DNA of 64,000 bases from Octopus vulgaris (Eukaryota), in contig OX597823.1 of NCBI GenBank assembly GCA_951406725.2, forward strand, positions 112,158,001 to 112,222,000. The letters run 5' to 3'. The position numbers and the translations under genes are program-made. Position 1 is the stretch's first letter; the number at the start of each line of letters is the position of its first letter. Positions 10,674 through 25,275 of this stretch are shown here, piece after piece. The notes below the pieces were generated by a model. The model was not told where the DNA came from. It saw only the letters and a program-made list of their open reading frames with translations, and made no database searches.

Positions 10674-10851
10674 GCAATTTTTTTTCCTCTGTCCTCCCAC
10701 CTCGGGATCTTTCCTTCTATGTTTCCGACGAAGAGCTCCACTCGAAACGTCATACCCTCCTTCTTCCCTTCTTTCCTGAGCGCCCAATAATACTTCATTT
10801 GTTCCACATCCTCGCGTTGTTGTCTTTTTGTTTTCTTGTTTGGATTAACTT
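10673..10851 (+). mobile_element. Short non-autonomous PLE-like element (family H-B) with hammerhead-like motif, in (TA)n
   Basis: Homologous to 52531-52734. Ends TTTCTTGTTTGGATTAAC then (TA)n. Shares the TTCCTGAGC...AATAC...TTTGT layout with family H-A. Confidence 0.7.
10721..10755 (+). ncRNA. Minimal type-I hammerhead ribozyme-like motif, U4C core variant
   Basis: GTTT-CCGACGA-A-GAG-CTCCA-CTC-GAAAC-GTC-ATAC. GUC site; one stem I mismatch. Confidence 0.6.
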
Positions 10852-10855
10852 TATA

Positions 10856-10900
<45 letters not shown>

Positions 10901-11130
10901 TAGAGTATGGAAACTTATACATCCACAAAATTTATTTTATAGTTATATACAGAACATTATAATGACCTACACGTGTTTCAGCTGTAGCAGAAACACGTGT
11001 AGGCCATTATAATGTGTGAATGTACAAGTTTCCATATTCTTTATTATTATTAATATTAATATACACTTCAGGCAATTTTTACTGTCCAGTGAAGAGTAGA
11101 TGGAATTACTCACTGGCAAGAATTCACGAG
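10901..11130. repeat. ~230-bp unit, copy 1 (internal inverted repeat carrying hammerhead 3' halves)
   Basis: Hairpin arms 10954-10979 / 10990-11015 contain GAAACACGTGTA. Direct repeat of 11665-11897. Confidence 0.8.
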
Positions 11131-11340
11131 ATGGTGCAGTGGCACGTTAGATACTGGCAACGGCTTGTGGCACACACAACTATCTTCATCCATTCTCACC
11201 ACATGACCATACCAGCGCAAACGTCTCTCTTGCACACCACAACTGATGCTTCTTAGGTCCAACTTTTCTCTCAAGGTACTTACACTCTGTCGAGCATGAA
11301 CACTGACATTACACATCCATCGGAGCATACTGGCTTCAAA
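11131..11340 (-). mobile_element. RTE-clade LINE ORF C-terminal fragment
   Basis: ORF 11110-11328 reads MLRWMCNVS...LREKLDLRSI..VQERRLRWYGHVVRM, the classic RTE RLRWxGHVxR motif. Confidence 0.85.
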
Positions 11341-11655
11341 TCATCATAATCATCATCATCATCGTTTGGGTCTGGGAAGCCAGGAGGCTGCACCAGTCTC
11401 CAGTCTGATCTGCCAGTGTTTCTACAGTTGGATGCCCTGCCTAACACCAACCACTCCGTGAGTGTAGTGGGTGCCTTTTACGTGCCATCAGCACAAGTGC
11501 CAGGGGAGGCTGGTTATGGCCACAATCGGTTGGTGCTTTTTACGTGCAACCAGCATGGAAGCCAGTCAAGGTGCCACTGGCATCGGCCACGTTTGGATGG
11601 TGCTTTTTACGTGCCACCGGCACAGGCATCACAACCACTATTTCCATTTGATTTT
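11341..11655 (-). mobile_element. S2 retroposon
   Basis: Colinear with 1379-1690: three GGTGCTTTTTACGTGC units and a (CAT)n tail. Confidence 0.8.
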
Positions 11656-11664
11656 TTGATGTAA

Positions 11665-11897
11665 TATTAATAATAATATAGTGTATGGAAACTTATACAT
11701 CCACAAAATTTATTTTATAGTTATATACAGCACATTATAATGAGCTACACTAGCAGCAGAAACACGTGTAGGTCATTATAATGTGTGAATGTACAAGTCT
11801 CCATATTTTTTATTATTATTAATATATATACTTCAGACAATTTTTACTCTCCATTGAAGAGTAGATGGAATTACCCACTTGAAGAATTCACAGAGTG
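11665..11897. repeat. ~230-bp unit, copy 2
   Basis: Direct repeat of 10901-11130 with a shorter left hairpin arm. GAAACACGTGTA at 11759-11770. Confidence 0.8.
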
Positions 11898-12089
11898 ACT
11901 AACAACTAAATGTGGACACAATGTTAGATACTGAGTGTTGTGGTAAGCTGATAACTAGAACTTGACTGAGAGCTACTACAGTATGCATCCAGGTAATATA
12001 TCCCTCTAAGCTCACTATGTGTATATGTGTGTGTATGCATATATACACACACACACACAGACACATATATACACACTCACACAACCAAC

Positions 12090-13070
12090 AGTTACCAACC
12101 ACAAACTTGACTACAATCAACTTCCTAGATGTTACCCTTCCAGGAAAGTTAATAAAGGAACTGGGTACATCCACAGAAAAGCTAACCACTCCCACTGTAA
12201 TTAGAAACCTATTTTCAGGTATTAGCAGAAGAATCCTTAAGCTTTCAGCTGGTAGAGAGATTTTCAGCAGCACTCACCCCACCACCACAATACAATGACA
12301 CATTAATGAAGAACAGATTTTTCTGAGAAGTTAGTATCACCATCTCCCCCTACATACAAAGAAGACTGGAAAGAGAAATATATTTTGGTTCAACCCTCCA
12401 TTTAACCCAGAAATTTCTATCAATGTACCTAGGAGATTTCTGTCTTTGATCAAGAAGCATTTCTCCAGAGTACTATAAACTACTATAAACTTTTCAACCA
12501 ACATAACATCAAAGAGAGCTATTCCTGCTTAGACTACATCGCTTCTAACATTGCATGCTACAACAGACAAACATGCACCTTCACAATCTCCAAACCAACC
12601 TGTAAATTCCAATGCCCTACCAGCCACTCTCTGGGATGATTCTACCTCTCAATGGCTGCTGTCAACAGAGCTACCTTCACACCATTGATGACAACACAAG
12701 AAACCACAAGATGGCCAATGACTTCAAGGGAAGGTACATGCAGCATATGTTTTCCCTTAGATGCAGGGATAGAGAGAATTCCAACATTTTGTCCTGCTTT
12801 GTCTGGAGAGTTTGTAACCTCCAGAATGACTTCCTCAGCATTGAATGAACTGCCATTGACAAAGCCCTACCTTTTTCCCCCAGTGTCTATAACTGCCAGC
12901 CCTGCCTCCGTGAATATTCTCCACCAGTTTGCAATAGGAATTGTTTTATTGCTGCCACCAGGAAATATGAAGTGTTTTATAGTCCTCCTTATGAACGTCA
13001 AGTCACTAGTTGCTGACAACCCAGGTTTACTACACCAACATTGGCTGCACTTCAACACTGGCTGACCCAT
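12090..13070 (+). pseudogene. Decayed Penelope-like element (RT C-terminal part + GIY-YIG remnant)
   Basis: Fragments INFLDVTL, NLFSGISRRILKLSAGREIF, RNIFWFNPPFN...RFLSLIKKHF, SYSC and LSCFVWRV..IE*TAIDKALPFSP..CQPCL are colinear with the PLE at 60.8-62.4 kb (ANFLDVTL, NLVKNISLRLSNLSASVDIF, LSKLIWRL..LEWSILSVALPFD..CNLC). Confidence 0.75.
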
Positions 13071-13090
13071 AAACAAAGAGTAAGGTACCT

Positions 13091-13720
13091 AACCATCGAT
13101 AATGTTCTACCAGTTTTATATTCAAATGGTCCAGATCTACAATGTCTCATCTACCCTACAATCTCATTCTAATAATGAACAATCATATCATCAAAATATA
13201 TAAGCTACATGATAATACATGGTTATTAAAACAATGAGAATAAATAAGTGTTACAATTGATAGAGTAATATGAATGCTTATTTCTTTACTGCCCACAAGG
13301 GGCTAAACACAGAGGAGATAAACAAGGACAGACAAAGGGATTAAGTCGATTATATCGACCCCAGTGCATAACTGGTACTTAATTTACCGACCCCGAAAAG
13401 ATGAAAGGCAAAGTCGACCTCGGCGGAATTTGAACTCAGAACGCAAGGGCAGACGAAATACCTATTTATTTACTACCCACAAGGGGCTAAACATAGAGGG
13501 GACAAACAAGGACAGACAAAAGGATTAAGTCGATTACATCGACCCCAGTGCATAACTGGTACTTAATTTATCAACCCTGAAATGATGAAAGATAAAGTCA
13601 ACCTTGGCGGAATTTGAACTCAGAACGTAACGGCAGATGAAATACTGCTAAGCATTTTGCCCGGCATGCTAACGTTTCTGCCAGCTCGCTGCCTATAGAG
13701 TAATCTGAATGCTAATGGGT
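13091..13720. mobile_element. piggyBac-type MITE copy interrupted by an S4 SINE dimer
   Basis: Internal sequence resembles 23526-23745. Right end ...TAATCTGAATGCTAATGGG-TTAA; left end degenerate. Confidence 0.5.
13279..13694 (-). mobile_element. S4 SINE dimer (head + two bodies) with 19-bp TSD
   Basis: TSD ATAGAGTAAT(A/C)TGAATGCT at 13260-13278 and 13695-13713. The body is duplicated from GGTATTTCGTCTGC onward. Confidence 0.9.
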
Positions 13721-14249
13721 TAAGTAATTAGAAAAATGCCTGTCATAGATGGAATCATTTGCAGATGGTAGATCTTCAAGAGAGCTTAATAAAAGGTTTT
13801 TGAAATATAAAAAATTAGAGTCCAGTCTTAAAAACTTTTGCAGCTGATTCCCTACCATTGCTACGAGGTTTTACATGCCTTTGCCTAATTTCTTTCTGCC
13901 TCCTATTTTTCTAATCTTCTTATTCTTCAGCCTAGTAGATTTAGCTTCAGACATTTTCTTCCCTTGAGTGTACTCGGCATCTCTTTCATCAGGAACATCA
14001 CCTTTCAAGTGATTGTCTTTTAACAATGTGTCTTTACTCTCACAATCTCCGGTTTTCTCAAGAAACATTTTAGCTTAATTTCAATGCCCATACATATACA
14101 CAAACATGTATAGATGCATATGCATGCATGTGCGTATGTGTGCATGTGTGTGTCTCTGCTTGCATGCATGGTTTCCCAAAAGTTCAGTTAACTAGTAATG
14201 GTGATGTTGTTAATATTTCCCTTGTCAGCAAATTACCCATTGATATTGC

Positions 14250-14655
14250 TGAGCTGGCAGAAACGTTAGCACACCAGGCAAAATGCTTAGCGGTATTTCG
14301 TCTGCCGTTACATACTGAGTTCAAATTCTGCCATGGTCGACTTTGCCTTTCATCCTTTCGGGGTCGATAAATTAAGTACCAGTTACGCACTGGGGTCGAT
14401 ATAATCGACTTAATCCGTGTATTTATCCCCTCTGTGTTTAGCCCCTTGTGGGTAGTAAAGAAATAGGTATTTCGTCTGCTGTTACATTCTGAGTTCATAT
14501 TCCGCTGAGGTCGACTTTGCCTTTCATCATTTCAGGGTCGATAAATTAAGTACCAGTTACGCACTGGGGTTGATGTAATCGACTTAATCCATTTGTCTGT
14601 CCTTGTTTGTCCTCTCTGTGTTTAGCTCCTTGTGGGTAGTAAAGAAATAGGTATT
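14250..14655 (+). mobile_element. S4 SINE dimer
   Basis: GAGCTGGCAGAAACGTTAGC head and two copies of GCCTTTCATC(C/A)TTTC(G/A)GGGTCGATAAATTAAGTACCAG. Same junction as 13279-13694. Confidence 0.9.
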
Positions 14656-15159
14656 GCATTCTCAATAGTTTATAGAATAAGAGATCCCTTATTGAAAAAA
14701 AAAGGGGTAAAGAATAGCTACCGGAAGACCATCAGGTTGTAAAACAATGGCTAAGTAATATACTTCCTTAACCCATGCTGGCATAGAAAAACAGATGGAA
14801 AACTCTCTCTTTCTCTCTCATACACACACACACACACACACATTTTATAACATATTTGAAAATATGAGCCACAAGGACAACACCAGGTAAAGGAAAGCAA
14901 AAGAAATATGGAGTAAGAAAACTAGAATTTGTTAAGGTATGTAAAACAACAAAAAATATAAAACAAGAAAATGAAGACTTTCAAAACACAAGGAAAACCA
15001 ATAAAAAAAATCAACAACATCAACAGCAGCAACAAAAAGTGTGAGAAGAGAACTACTATAATAACACCATAAATAACACTATAACCGCCACCACTACCAC
15101 CACCACCACTACCACTGCCAGCACTGTCATTTTTGTACGGCAACCGATTTCAAGGCAGA

Positions 15160-17000
<1,841 letters not shown>

Positions 17001-18737
17001 GCAATATACCAAATCTACATCAACAGAAGCAATAAGAAAATATCCACAAGAAGAAGGGGCTGGAAACAGTAAAACAACAACAAAAAAAGGGGGTTGGAAA
17101 TAGTAAAACAACAACTAAAAGAAAATCGCTGGAAAAACCTAAAAACAACAACAACGAAAACTGGGGGGGGGGGAAACTAAAACAACAAATCTATAGGAAG
17201 AAACCAAAAGATGAAGACAAAAAGTGAAATGAGAAAAGCTGAATGAGTGATATGTAAATTGTGACTAGTAATGACTCAGTCGCTAAGCAAGAGACAAGAA
17301 GACATTTCTATAGAACCAACACTCAAAACCCCTTCTTTGGCCAAATGACCTCTGTGACCCTAATTTTATCCTGAAATCTAAACAAAATATGAGAAGGCAT
17401 TAATTTTCATCTTTCTTTGATTTCTATGTTTACTTTCTTCCAGACCCTAAATTTACCTTCCTCTTACTCCCTTACCACCCCTCTCCTCTCCCTCTCTGTT
17501 TTACTTTCACTTTCATTCATTTTCTTTATCTCTCCATTCATCTCTCTCTCTCTTCTTCTCTACCTTTATGTGAGAGCAGGGTGGTGCCATATATTTTTTT
17601 ATATTTTCTTTCTCTTTTTTTGTGCTTCTTTTCTTCTCTTTTATGGCTTTTTCTCTATTTTCTCTATTTTTATTTTTCTATATGTGTTTTTTTTTTCCTT
17701 CTTCCTCTTCATCTTTGCATTCATCTTTGTATTTCTTTCCATTTTCTGAGAAAATTCCATCCAATGACCAGCTGCAATGGCTTTTAAATAATGGCCTTCA
17801 ATGTATACATACACAGGAGTTTGTGGACAAGAATGCATGTGTAAAATCACATATGCAACCACACATACACATAAACTCATACACACGCATACATATTTAT
17901 CTATATAATTATACACCATTTATATACATATACATATGCACACATATACACACAACCATGCATATATGTACACAAAAATCTTATAAACATGCATGCCAAC
18001 ACATTCATATTTACACTCACTTATACATACATGAGCCACATGCATATACAAACTCATGCATACATTCACTCATAATAAACACATGTACTATTACATAAAT
18101 ACAGATTAGAACATGCAAACATGCACTTACTCATACGCACAGGCATAACAATGCTGAATCAGACCCATACATAAACACCTTTACAGTAAAATACATACAC
18201 ACGTTCAATAACTGTTTCAATATGTGCTGGCCACAAATGGACTATAGAAGCAAACCATATATGGACATATATGGACTTGAACAAACATATCAATCACATA
18301 CATCGGAACGCATAAATACATGCATAATTATACCTGCGCATATATTCATACATTCTTAATGTACCAAATTTATACAATCTTTTAGTTAGATGTGTGTTTA
18401 TTTAGAAAATAAGGGTGTGTACAATTATGTTCATGTGTATGGTATGTATAAGTATGTGTGCATATAAAAATACATATTTATGTGTATGTATGTAAGTATC
18501 ATCATCATCATCATCATCATATATATATATGTATATATACACACAGATATATATATCACCAGCCTATCCTTATACGTATGATTATGTGTGTATGCATGTA
18601 TATATATTTACACACACACACACATATATATATACACTCACATACATATACATAGATACATACATACACACACACACACACACATATATATAGATATACA
18701 TATAGATATATATACATATAGATACATATACACATAT

Positions 18738-18779
<42 letters not shown>

Positions 18780-19507
18780 TTTTTCTAAAACACAAAAGAG
18801 TGGAGATTTACACATTCTTTAACCAGCTTACATGCATTTCAACTAGATTTGGCATTCTAAAATTCTGTCATGCTGTAATCAAGCATATCACTTGGTTGAC
18901 TAAGATTCTACAGAGATAGGGAAATTTATCATCAGCCTATCCTTATGAAAGCCATACAACACAGCTTGGAACATTTTTAGGGAGACAGCAATATTTTATC
19001 AGTTCATGCTAGAATTTTAATCTGGTACATAGTTTCCGTCATCCCACCGTCAAGTGTGAAGAATATTTATGGCAAAATTTCTGTCCTATTTAAACTATTA
19101 CTGACCAACTGAAATACACAGAGGAAGTATATAGAGCCATGTTACTTAGTAGATGATTATTAAGATTACAGAGAAAATGTCATTTTATCATTATCAATTC
19201 TAAATATCTAGTATGAGTAGAAGAGAAGTTGAGTAAATGAAAACTGTGAATAAAAGTAACCGATAAATGATTATTTGAAAAAATTGTTTTCTGTAAAAGA
19301 CCAAATTTTTTAAAAGTAAAATGACAGTACTATGTTTAGGATAAAGTAAGAGGGCGAAAGTAAAAATAAATGCAAGAAATAAAATTTGAAGTTATTTAAA
19401 AAGTAAATTATGTTAGAAATAATGGAAAAAATTAATTATTCTCAGAATTTGAAATAATAATAATAACTATAGGAACTACATAATAACAAAAACAAAAATT
19501 AACACCA

Positions 19508-19519
19508 ATGATGATAATG

Positions 19520-19590
<71 letters not shown>

Positions 19591-19684
19591 AAGAAGAAGA
19601 AGAAGAAGAAGAAGAAGAAGAAGAAGAAGAAGAAGAAGAAGAAGAAGAAGAAGAAGAAGAAGAAGAAGAAGAAGAAGAAGAAGA
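19508..19684 (+). repeat. Compound (AAT)n-(AAG)n microsatellite
   Basis: Directly visible. Confidence 0.95.
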
Positions 19685-20217
19685 ATGTTAGATTTGGATG
19701 TGAGGACAGGCAGCATCTACTTGATGCATAAGTTGTATTTTAGTCTCCCTTCATTATACAGTAGTGCAAAACTTATTATAAACCATTTAATAATACCCAA
19801 CATACACTTTTTGAGACTACAGATAAATTTGCTTAAAGAAGTGTAATGTTTTCTTATATTTAAATGTAAAAATATGATTATATAATCTTGACTTCAAATT
19901 AGTTGCACAAGCATCTATATAAAAGTAAATATATTCTCCTTTTATTACTGAACATTTATAAACTATGTTTTTCTTGAGGCTTTGGTTATCTAATGGACAT
20001 ATAGGATGATATTTACAATTGCATAACCTTTTAAACTTATTATTGAGAGATTTTCATCTGAAAATTTGTCTATCCTGCTGTTGTTAGTATTAGATGTTGA
20101 ACTAGGAATCTCTCCTTAGTGAGATATGTATATTTGATATTGATATTGTTCCTTTTCTTGCTAGATATTTCAGATTCATTATATATAACCCTCGATTGTT
20201 TCTTATTACCATTATTG

Positions 20218-20340
20218 ATATTATCACCATTATCATTACAATTAACATTATTGTTATTAATATTGTTATTATTATTCATATTATCACCATTATCATTACA
20301 ATTAACATTATTGTTATTAATATTGTTATTATTATTATTA
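20218..20340. repeat. 60-bp tandem duplication in TTA-rich sequence
   Basis: Sequence lines starting at 20221 and 20281 are nearly identical. Confidence 0.85.
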
Positions 20341-20814
20341 TTATCATCATTATTATTATTATAAATACCATTGTTATTGTTACTACCATCCTTATTCCTA
20401 CTATTAAGAGGATTGCCTAAATCCATTTCAACAAATTTTCGTAAGTTTCTTACATTATGAACTACTATAATTTTTGTCAAGATACTAGTTTTTGAATAAG
20501 CAAATTAAATTGTATGTCTGTTTAATAGTAATGGATTACAATGACTTTCAATGGACAATTTAGTTAGTTAAGTTTCATCTTTTCAGAGTGTTTATATAGT
20601 ATTTGCTGAGATTTTTAATCCCTTTCTCTCTTTGTTACACACACACACACACACACTTGTATATTCCTGCACAATTCTGAAAGCAATATTAAAAACTTCT
20701 GGGTGACCCATTGCATGTTGATACTCATGCAGAAATAGCAAATTAAACAGAAATCATAGTATAAAGATAAGACCTCATAAAACACCTGGTATAGATGCCA
20801 TTAGGGTTGAAATA

Positions 20815-21380
20815 TTATGTTGTCTGGAAAGTTCATACCGATTTTTAAAGGAAAGAAAAAGGTCAATAAATACTTTCCATTACATTTTTCATCAACCAAA
20901 TATGAACCATTTTGTTGCACAATGTGTCTCCATCTTTCCTTTAACTTGAAAATACCCTCTTCCCAGAATTGAGGTGGTTTCATGGCAAAAAATTCATCAC
21001 GGCATCTTTTAACATCATCCAAGGAATTGAAATTTTTATTATTAAGACTATTCTGCAGAGACCTGAATAAGTGGAAATCTGAAGGAGCAATATCTGGTGA
21101 ATATGGAGGGTGGGGTAACACATTTCAGCCGAGCTGCAGCAATTTTTGTCTGGTTCCCATAGCATCAAGTGCCGAAAATGAACTTACTTATCTTCCATTT
21201 TAAAGGGTTACAGAATTAACACAGGTTATAGGAACATAAACCTTCTTCTATGAAAAGATAGCTTAAACTGTGCTCTAAATGGAGGTGTAGTCAAATCCTA
21301 TTTTATGAACTCAGCTATGTTCTAAAATAAGTTAAAAGGTAAGCTATGATAAATCAGCATGAACTTTCCGGACAACCCAT
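20815..21380 (-). mobile_element. Internally deleted mariner (DD34D) transposon
   Basis: TIRs TTATGTTGTCTGGAAAGTTCATACCGATTT / AAATCAGCATGAACTTTCCGGACAACCCAT with TA on the left. ORF 20801-21121 has LPHPPYSPDIAPSDFHLFRSL...GIFKLKERW...NGSY (mariner C-terminus). Confidence 0.92.
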
Positions 21381-22944
21381 ACAAAAATCAAGAGGACATT
21401 ACTTGGCATGCAATATGCTGCATGCAATATTCAATATGGTATGGAAAACAGATATGGTACGAAAAAGTGGGTCTGTATATTGACAACAATAGTGTATATA
21501 GAATGGCAAGTAGAAAATGCTTAACAACAGCAGAGTGGTTTCTCTCTCATCAATAACAATAATGGTGTTCAGAAGAAAGCTTCTTGATAGATATTAAACC
21601 TGACCGAAGTATCCTATAGTCAAATAGATAACTACGAAACTGTAAAAATATTAAGTGTTCTTGTTTAATTACATTGATTTTAAAGATGTTCGTGATTCAT
21701 TCTAATAGAAGGCCTTTGGGAGATGATGACAGCAATATGTTAGATGAATATATTTTTGAGGCATTGTTTTGCCATTTGATTCTCTTCCTGTTGCTAACCT
21801 TTATATGTTTTTCACACAAGAGATCTCTTATTTCACATGTCTTCAAAGGTATGATATGAGTGAATAATTCGTTGACAGAAGTAACGTCAGCAGCACTGCT
21901 TGTAGCTCATGACTTTCAGCTTCCACTTACATTTGCCCCAATAACAGGGAGGGCTGAGCATGAAAATATACAGCTAGAAAGCAAGTCTCTTGAACACGCG
22001 ACCGTTACTGTTCCTTTATATTTTGACTTCAATGAGATTCAGACTCTTGAACTCAGAATGTAAACAGCTGGGATAAATACCACACTCTAAGGATTCTTCC
22101 GCATTACTACCATATTTATTCTTATTTATTTTAAGCCTCCCTTCAATTTCTTTTTAAAATGGCTGTTTAGACATTACACAAATACAGATTCCTTTATCAT
22201 AGGTTTCATTCTGAACATACAGTTCAATAAACTCCAATTCTGAACTCTGATACAAAACTTTCCTTCATTTTCCACAAATCCATTTTATTCATTTTTTTAA
22301 ACGTATTTCCAAGCATAAAACTGTTCCAGTACAGCAATATTCATACATTATACAAGTGAATGAAACATAGCCATTGTTGTTTCGAAAGTCAGAAGCAAAC
22401 ATTAAAACAATTCAACACAATTAGAAATTGCGTCTGCTAAAGACATAAGACGCTGTAGATAAGAGACCACAATAATAATAATAAAAGTAAAAGTAATGGA
22501 AGAAGAGATATTGCAAGGCAACTATAGATAATTACAAGAAAAGATAAAATTGTATTGACTGTTTTACATTGTTTCTGAGGAACTATTGGAACAATTTCAA
22601 AGAATAAAACAATGAATTTGAAGAAAAAAACAATGTAATTGAATTATATTAGGAAGATGGAAGCTAAATGTTCAAAGTGTGATTCAAAGATATCCTTAGA
22701 TGGAAGGACATCATGCCATTCAAAAACAATTCCTAAGTTCCATGCATTGTTGTGGTAATGAAAAGATGATGGTTCTATTTTGTGATAATGGACCTGTTGT
22801 TCTACCACATATTTCCTGATCCAACACCGGAACTGGAAAAACTTTTAATGTTAACTATTGCAAAGAATACTAGCTTTAGATTTTATATTCAAGCTTATAA
22901 ATCAGCTTTAGTTTTCACATCCACAGAACTCAATTTTTTTGTTT

Positions 22945-23232
22945 GTTCCTTCTCAAGCCATCCCTGGCTCATAAGGGCCGGTTTCCCCGGTTTCCTTGGC
23001 ATATAGGTTCCGCACCAGGATGGGATGCAAGTGAGCTGCTAGATGCAGGAGGAAAGAGTGAGAGAAAGTTGTGGCGAAAGAGTCAGCAGAAGTTCACCAT
23101 TACCTTCTGCCAGAGCCGCGTGGAGCTTAGGTGTTTCGCTCATAAACACACACATCGCCCGGTCTGAGATTCGAACCCACAATCCCTCGACCGCATGTCC
23201 GCTGCTCTAACTGTTAGTCCATGTGCCTCCAC
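22945..23232 (-). mobile_element. tRNA-derived SINE (family S5a)
   Basis: The reverse complement has a GGAGGCACATGG...GGTTCGAATCTC B-box. The head is shared with 34977-35268, but the tail differs. Confidence 0.75.
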
Positions 23233-23525
23233 ACAGAACTCATAAACCATAGGAAGAAGAATTCAGACATCAGTGGTATGTATTTCCTTATTATATGTGG
23301 TAAGATGCTGCATCAATTAACTTTCAGTTCAGTTCATACAGAACTGTGAGACCTGGGATTGCTCAAATATAATTCTTTCTTACATCATATTAACTAGATG
23401 AAATCACACAAATACTCAACACTATTAACAGATATACTATGCAATCACTTCAAGTAATTATAATACAAGATAAAAAGTTTGCAAATCCATTCCAGGAAAA
23501 CAGCAAACAATTCTTGGACACTTAA

Positions 23526-23745
23526 CCCTTTAGTGTTTAAACCGGCCATATCCGGCCAAAATATTCTACGTATTTTATGTTCAAACTAGTCAGATATGGT
23601 CATTCATAGCTACCTTATTGTGTCATTTTAAAAATAAACAATCACATCATTGAAATCTCAAAGCCATGAAATGATGCAAGATTAATTTTACATGGTGTGA
23701 ATACATAAGCTTTACATTTGACAGAATAATCTGAATGCTAAAGGG
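23526..23745. mobile_element. piggyBac-type MITE
   Basis: TTAA-CCCTTTAG ... CTAAAGGG-TTAA (TTAA TSD, CCC termini). Confidence 0.85.
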
Positions 23746-24194
23746 TTAAAATTCAAGAATTTTCACTGGTTATTCATCAAAGTAAACAGATAAGATTCTA
23801 TTGGCCCACAGCAGAAGTTGTAGACATTCTCTCTCATGCAATGGAAATGGAGGAATAGTAGAAAAGGCTGCTCTTCAAATAGGTCCTGTGGACCGTGTCA
23901 CAATACTAAAAGGATGATAAAATCATGACAGTATCCCTCTACAAGTATTTTGCAAGACAACGAAATGTACCTGAAGTTTTTCCAACAAATTTAGAAAGCA
24001 GAAACATATACTCTGGATTCACCAAAACATTATGTCACTGTAGAACACACTGCTTTTAAGAGACCATGTTCACACAAGTACACGCACGCACACACATGCA
24101 CATGCACACACATACACATGCATGCATGCACACACGCATACAAGCATGCATGCACACACATACATGTACATGTATACATACGCATGCCAAAATT

Positions 24195-24395
24195 GACTTT
24201 GCCAGTGCTCATGACACGTAAAAAGCACCCAGTCCACACTGTTGGGTGGTTGGTATTATGAAGGACATCCTACCGTAAAAACCATGCCAAAACAGACACA
24301 GAGGTCCGGTGCTGTGTCCTGCTTGGCCAACTCCTGCCAAATTCTCTGACCCATGACAGCATGAAAGGCAGACGTTAAACAACAATGATGAGGAT
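24195..24395 (+). mobile_element. S2-related retroposon, diverged
   Basis: GACACGTAAAAAGCACCC ... GGTTGGTATTATGAAGGACATCC ... GACGTTAAAC and a GATGA tail. Confidence 0.7.
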
Positions 24396-24403
24396 AAGGA
24401 CAT

Positions 24404-24439
<36 letters not shown>

Positions 24440-24576
24440 CAAAATTTAAAGGATTGACCACTAAAAGTGGACGGTCAACAGGCTAGATATAGACGTCAAA
24501 ATCGCTATTTTCCACAAAGAATGTGTTCTCAAATAAAAAAAACTCAGCACAAACCAAAGCATTTCTACCCTTATTA

Positions 24577-24619
<43 letters not shown>

Positions 24620-24744
24620 AATATGGAAAACAGACATTAAATGATGATGGAGATAATAATGATGATAATGATGATGATGATATACAAACATGCGTAGCAT
24701 ACGTAAATTACATATCTAACTGGAACTAACTTATAATGAAAAGT

Positions 24745-24990
24745 GCTCCAGCTGATCTGATCAATGAAAAAGCCTGCTTCTGAAATTGATGTGCAAGTGG
24801 CTGAGTGCTCCACAAACACTTGTATCCTTAATGTAGTTCATAAGAAGATTTAATATGACACAGACTGCGATGTGATCGGCCCTTTGAATTACAAATACAA
24901 CTTATTTTTGCCAGCTGAGGGGTGTGGAGTAATGTGAAATAATGTGTCTTGCACCAACACACAAAGCATCACCAGGAATTAAACTCTTGA
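24745..24990 (-). mobile_element. S3 SINE, diverged
   Basis: GTGCAAGTGGCTGAGTGCTCCACA and TTTTGCCAGCTGAG match 6301-6598 in reverse. Confidence 0.65.
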
Positions 24991-25231
24991 TTTTCGGAAG
25001 ATATCAATGCAAATTTCTTCTGATGTAATTCCTGTCAACCAAAGACAAGCTTCCTTTAAAGAAGCTCTTCCTCATTCCAGCCCTTTAGTTTCATCTTGTG
25101 TCTTATGAGACACATAAGAGGCGAAATATTCTAAAACCAACAATGGAAATATATGTGTGCATATTGCAAGTTTGCTGATGTCTGTACACAGGTGTATAAT
25201 AGGTTTATCTCTGTGTATATACACATAAGTA

Positions 25232-25275
<44 letters not shown>

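Noticed and set aside
20801-20809. TTAGGG telomere-like motif
   Set aside because: Single occurrence with no array.
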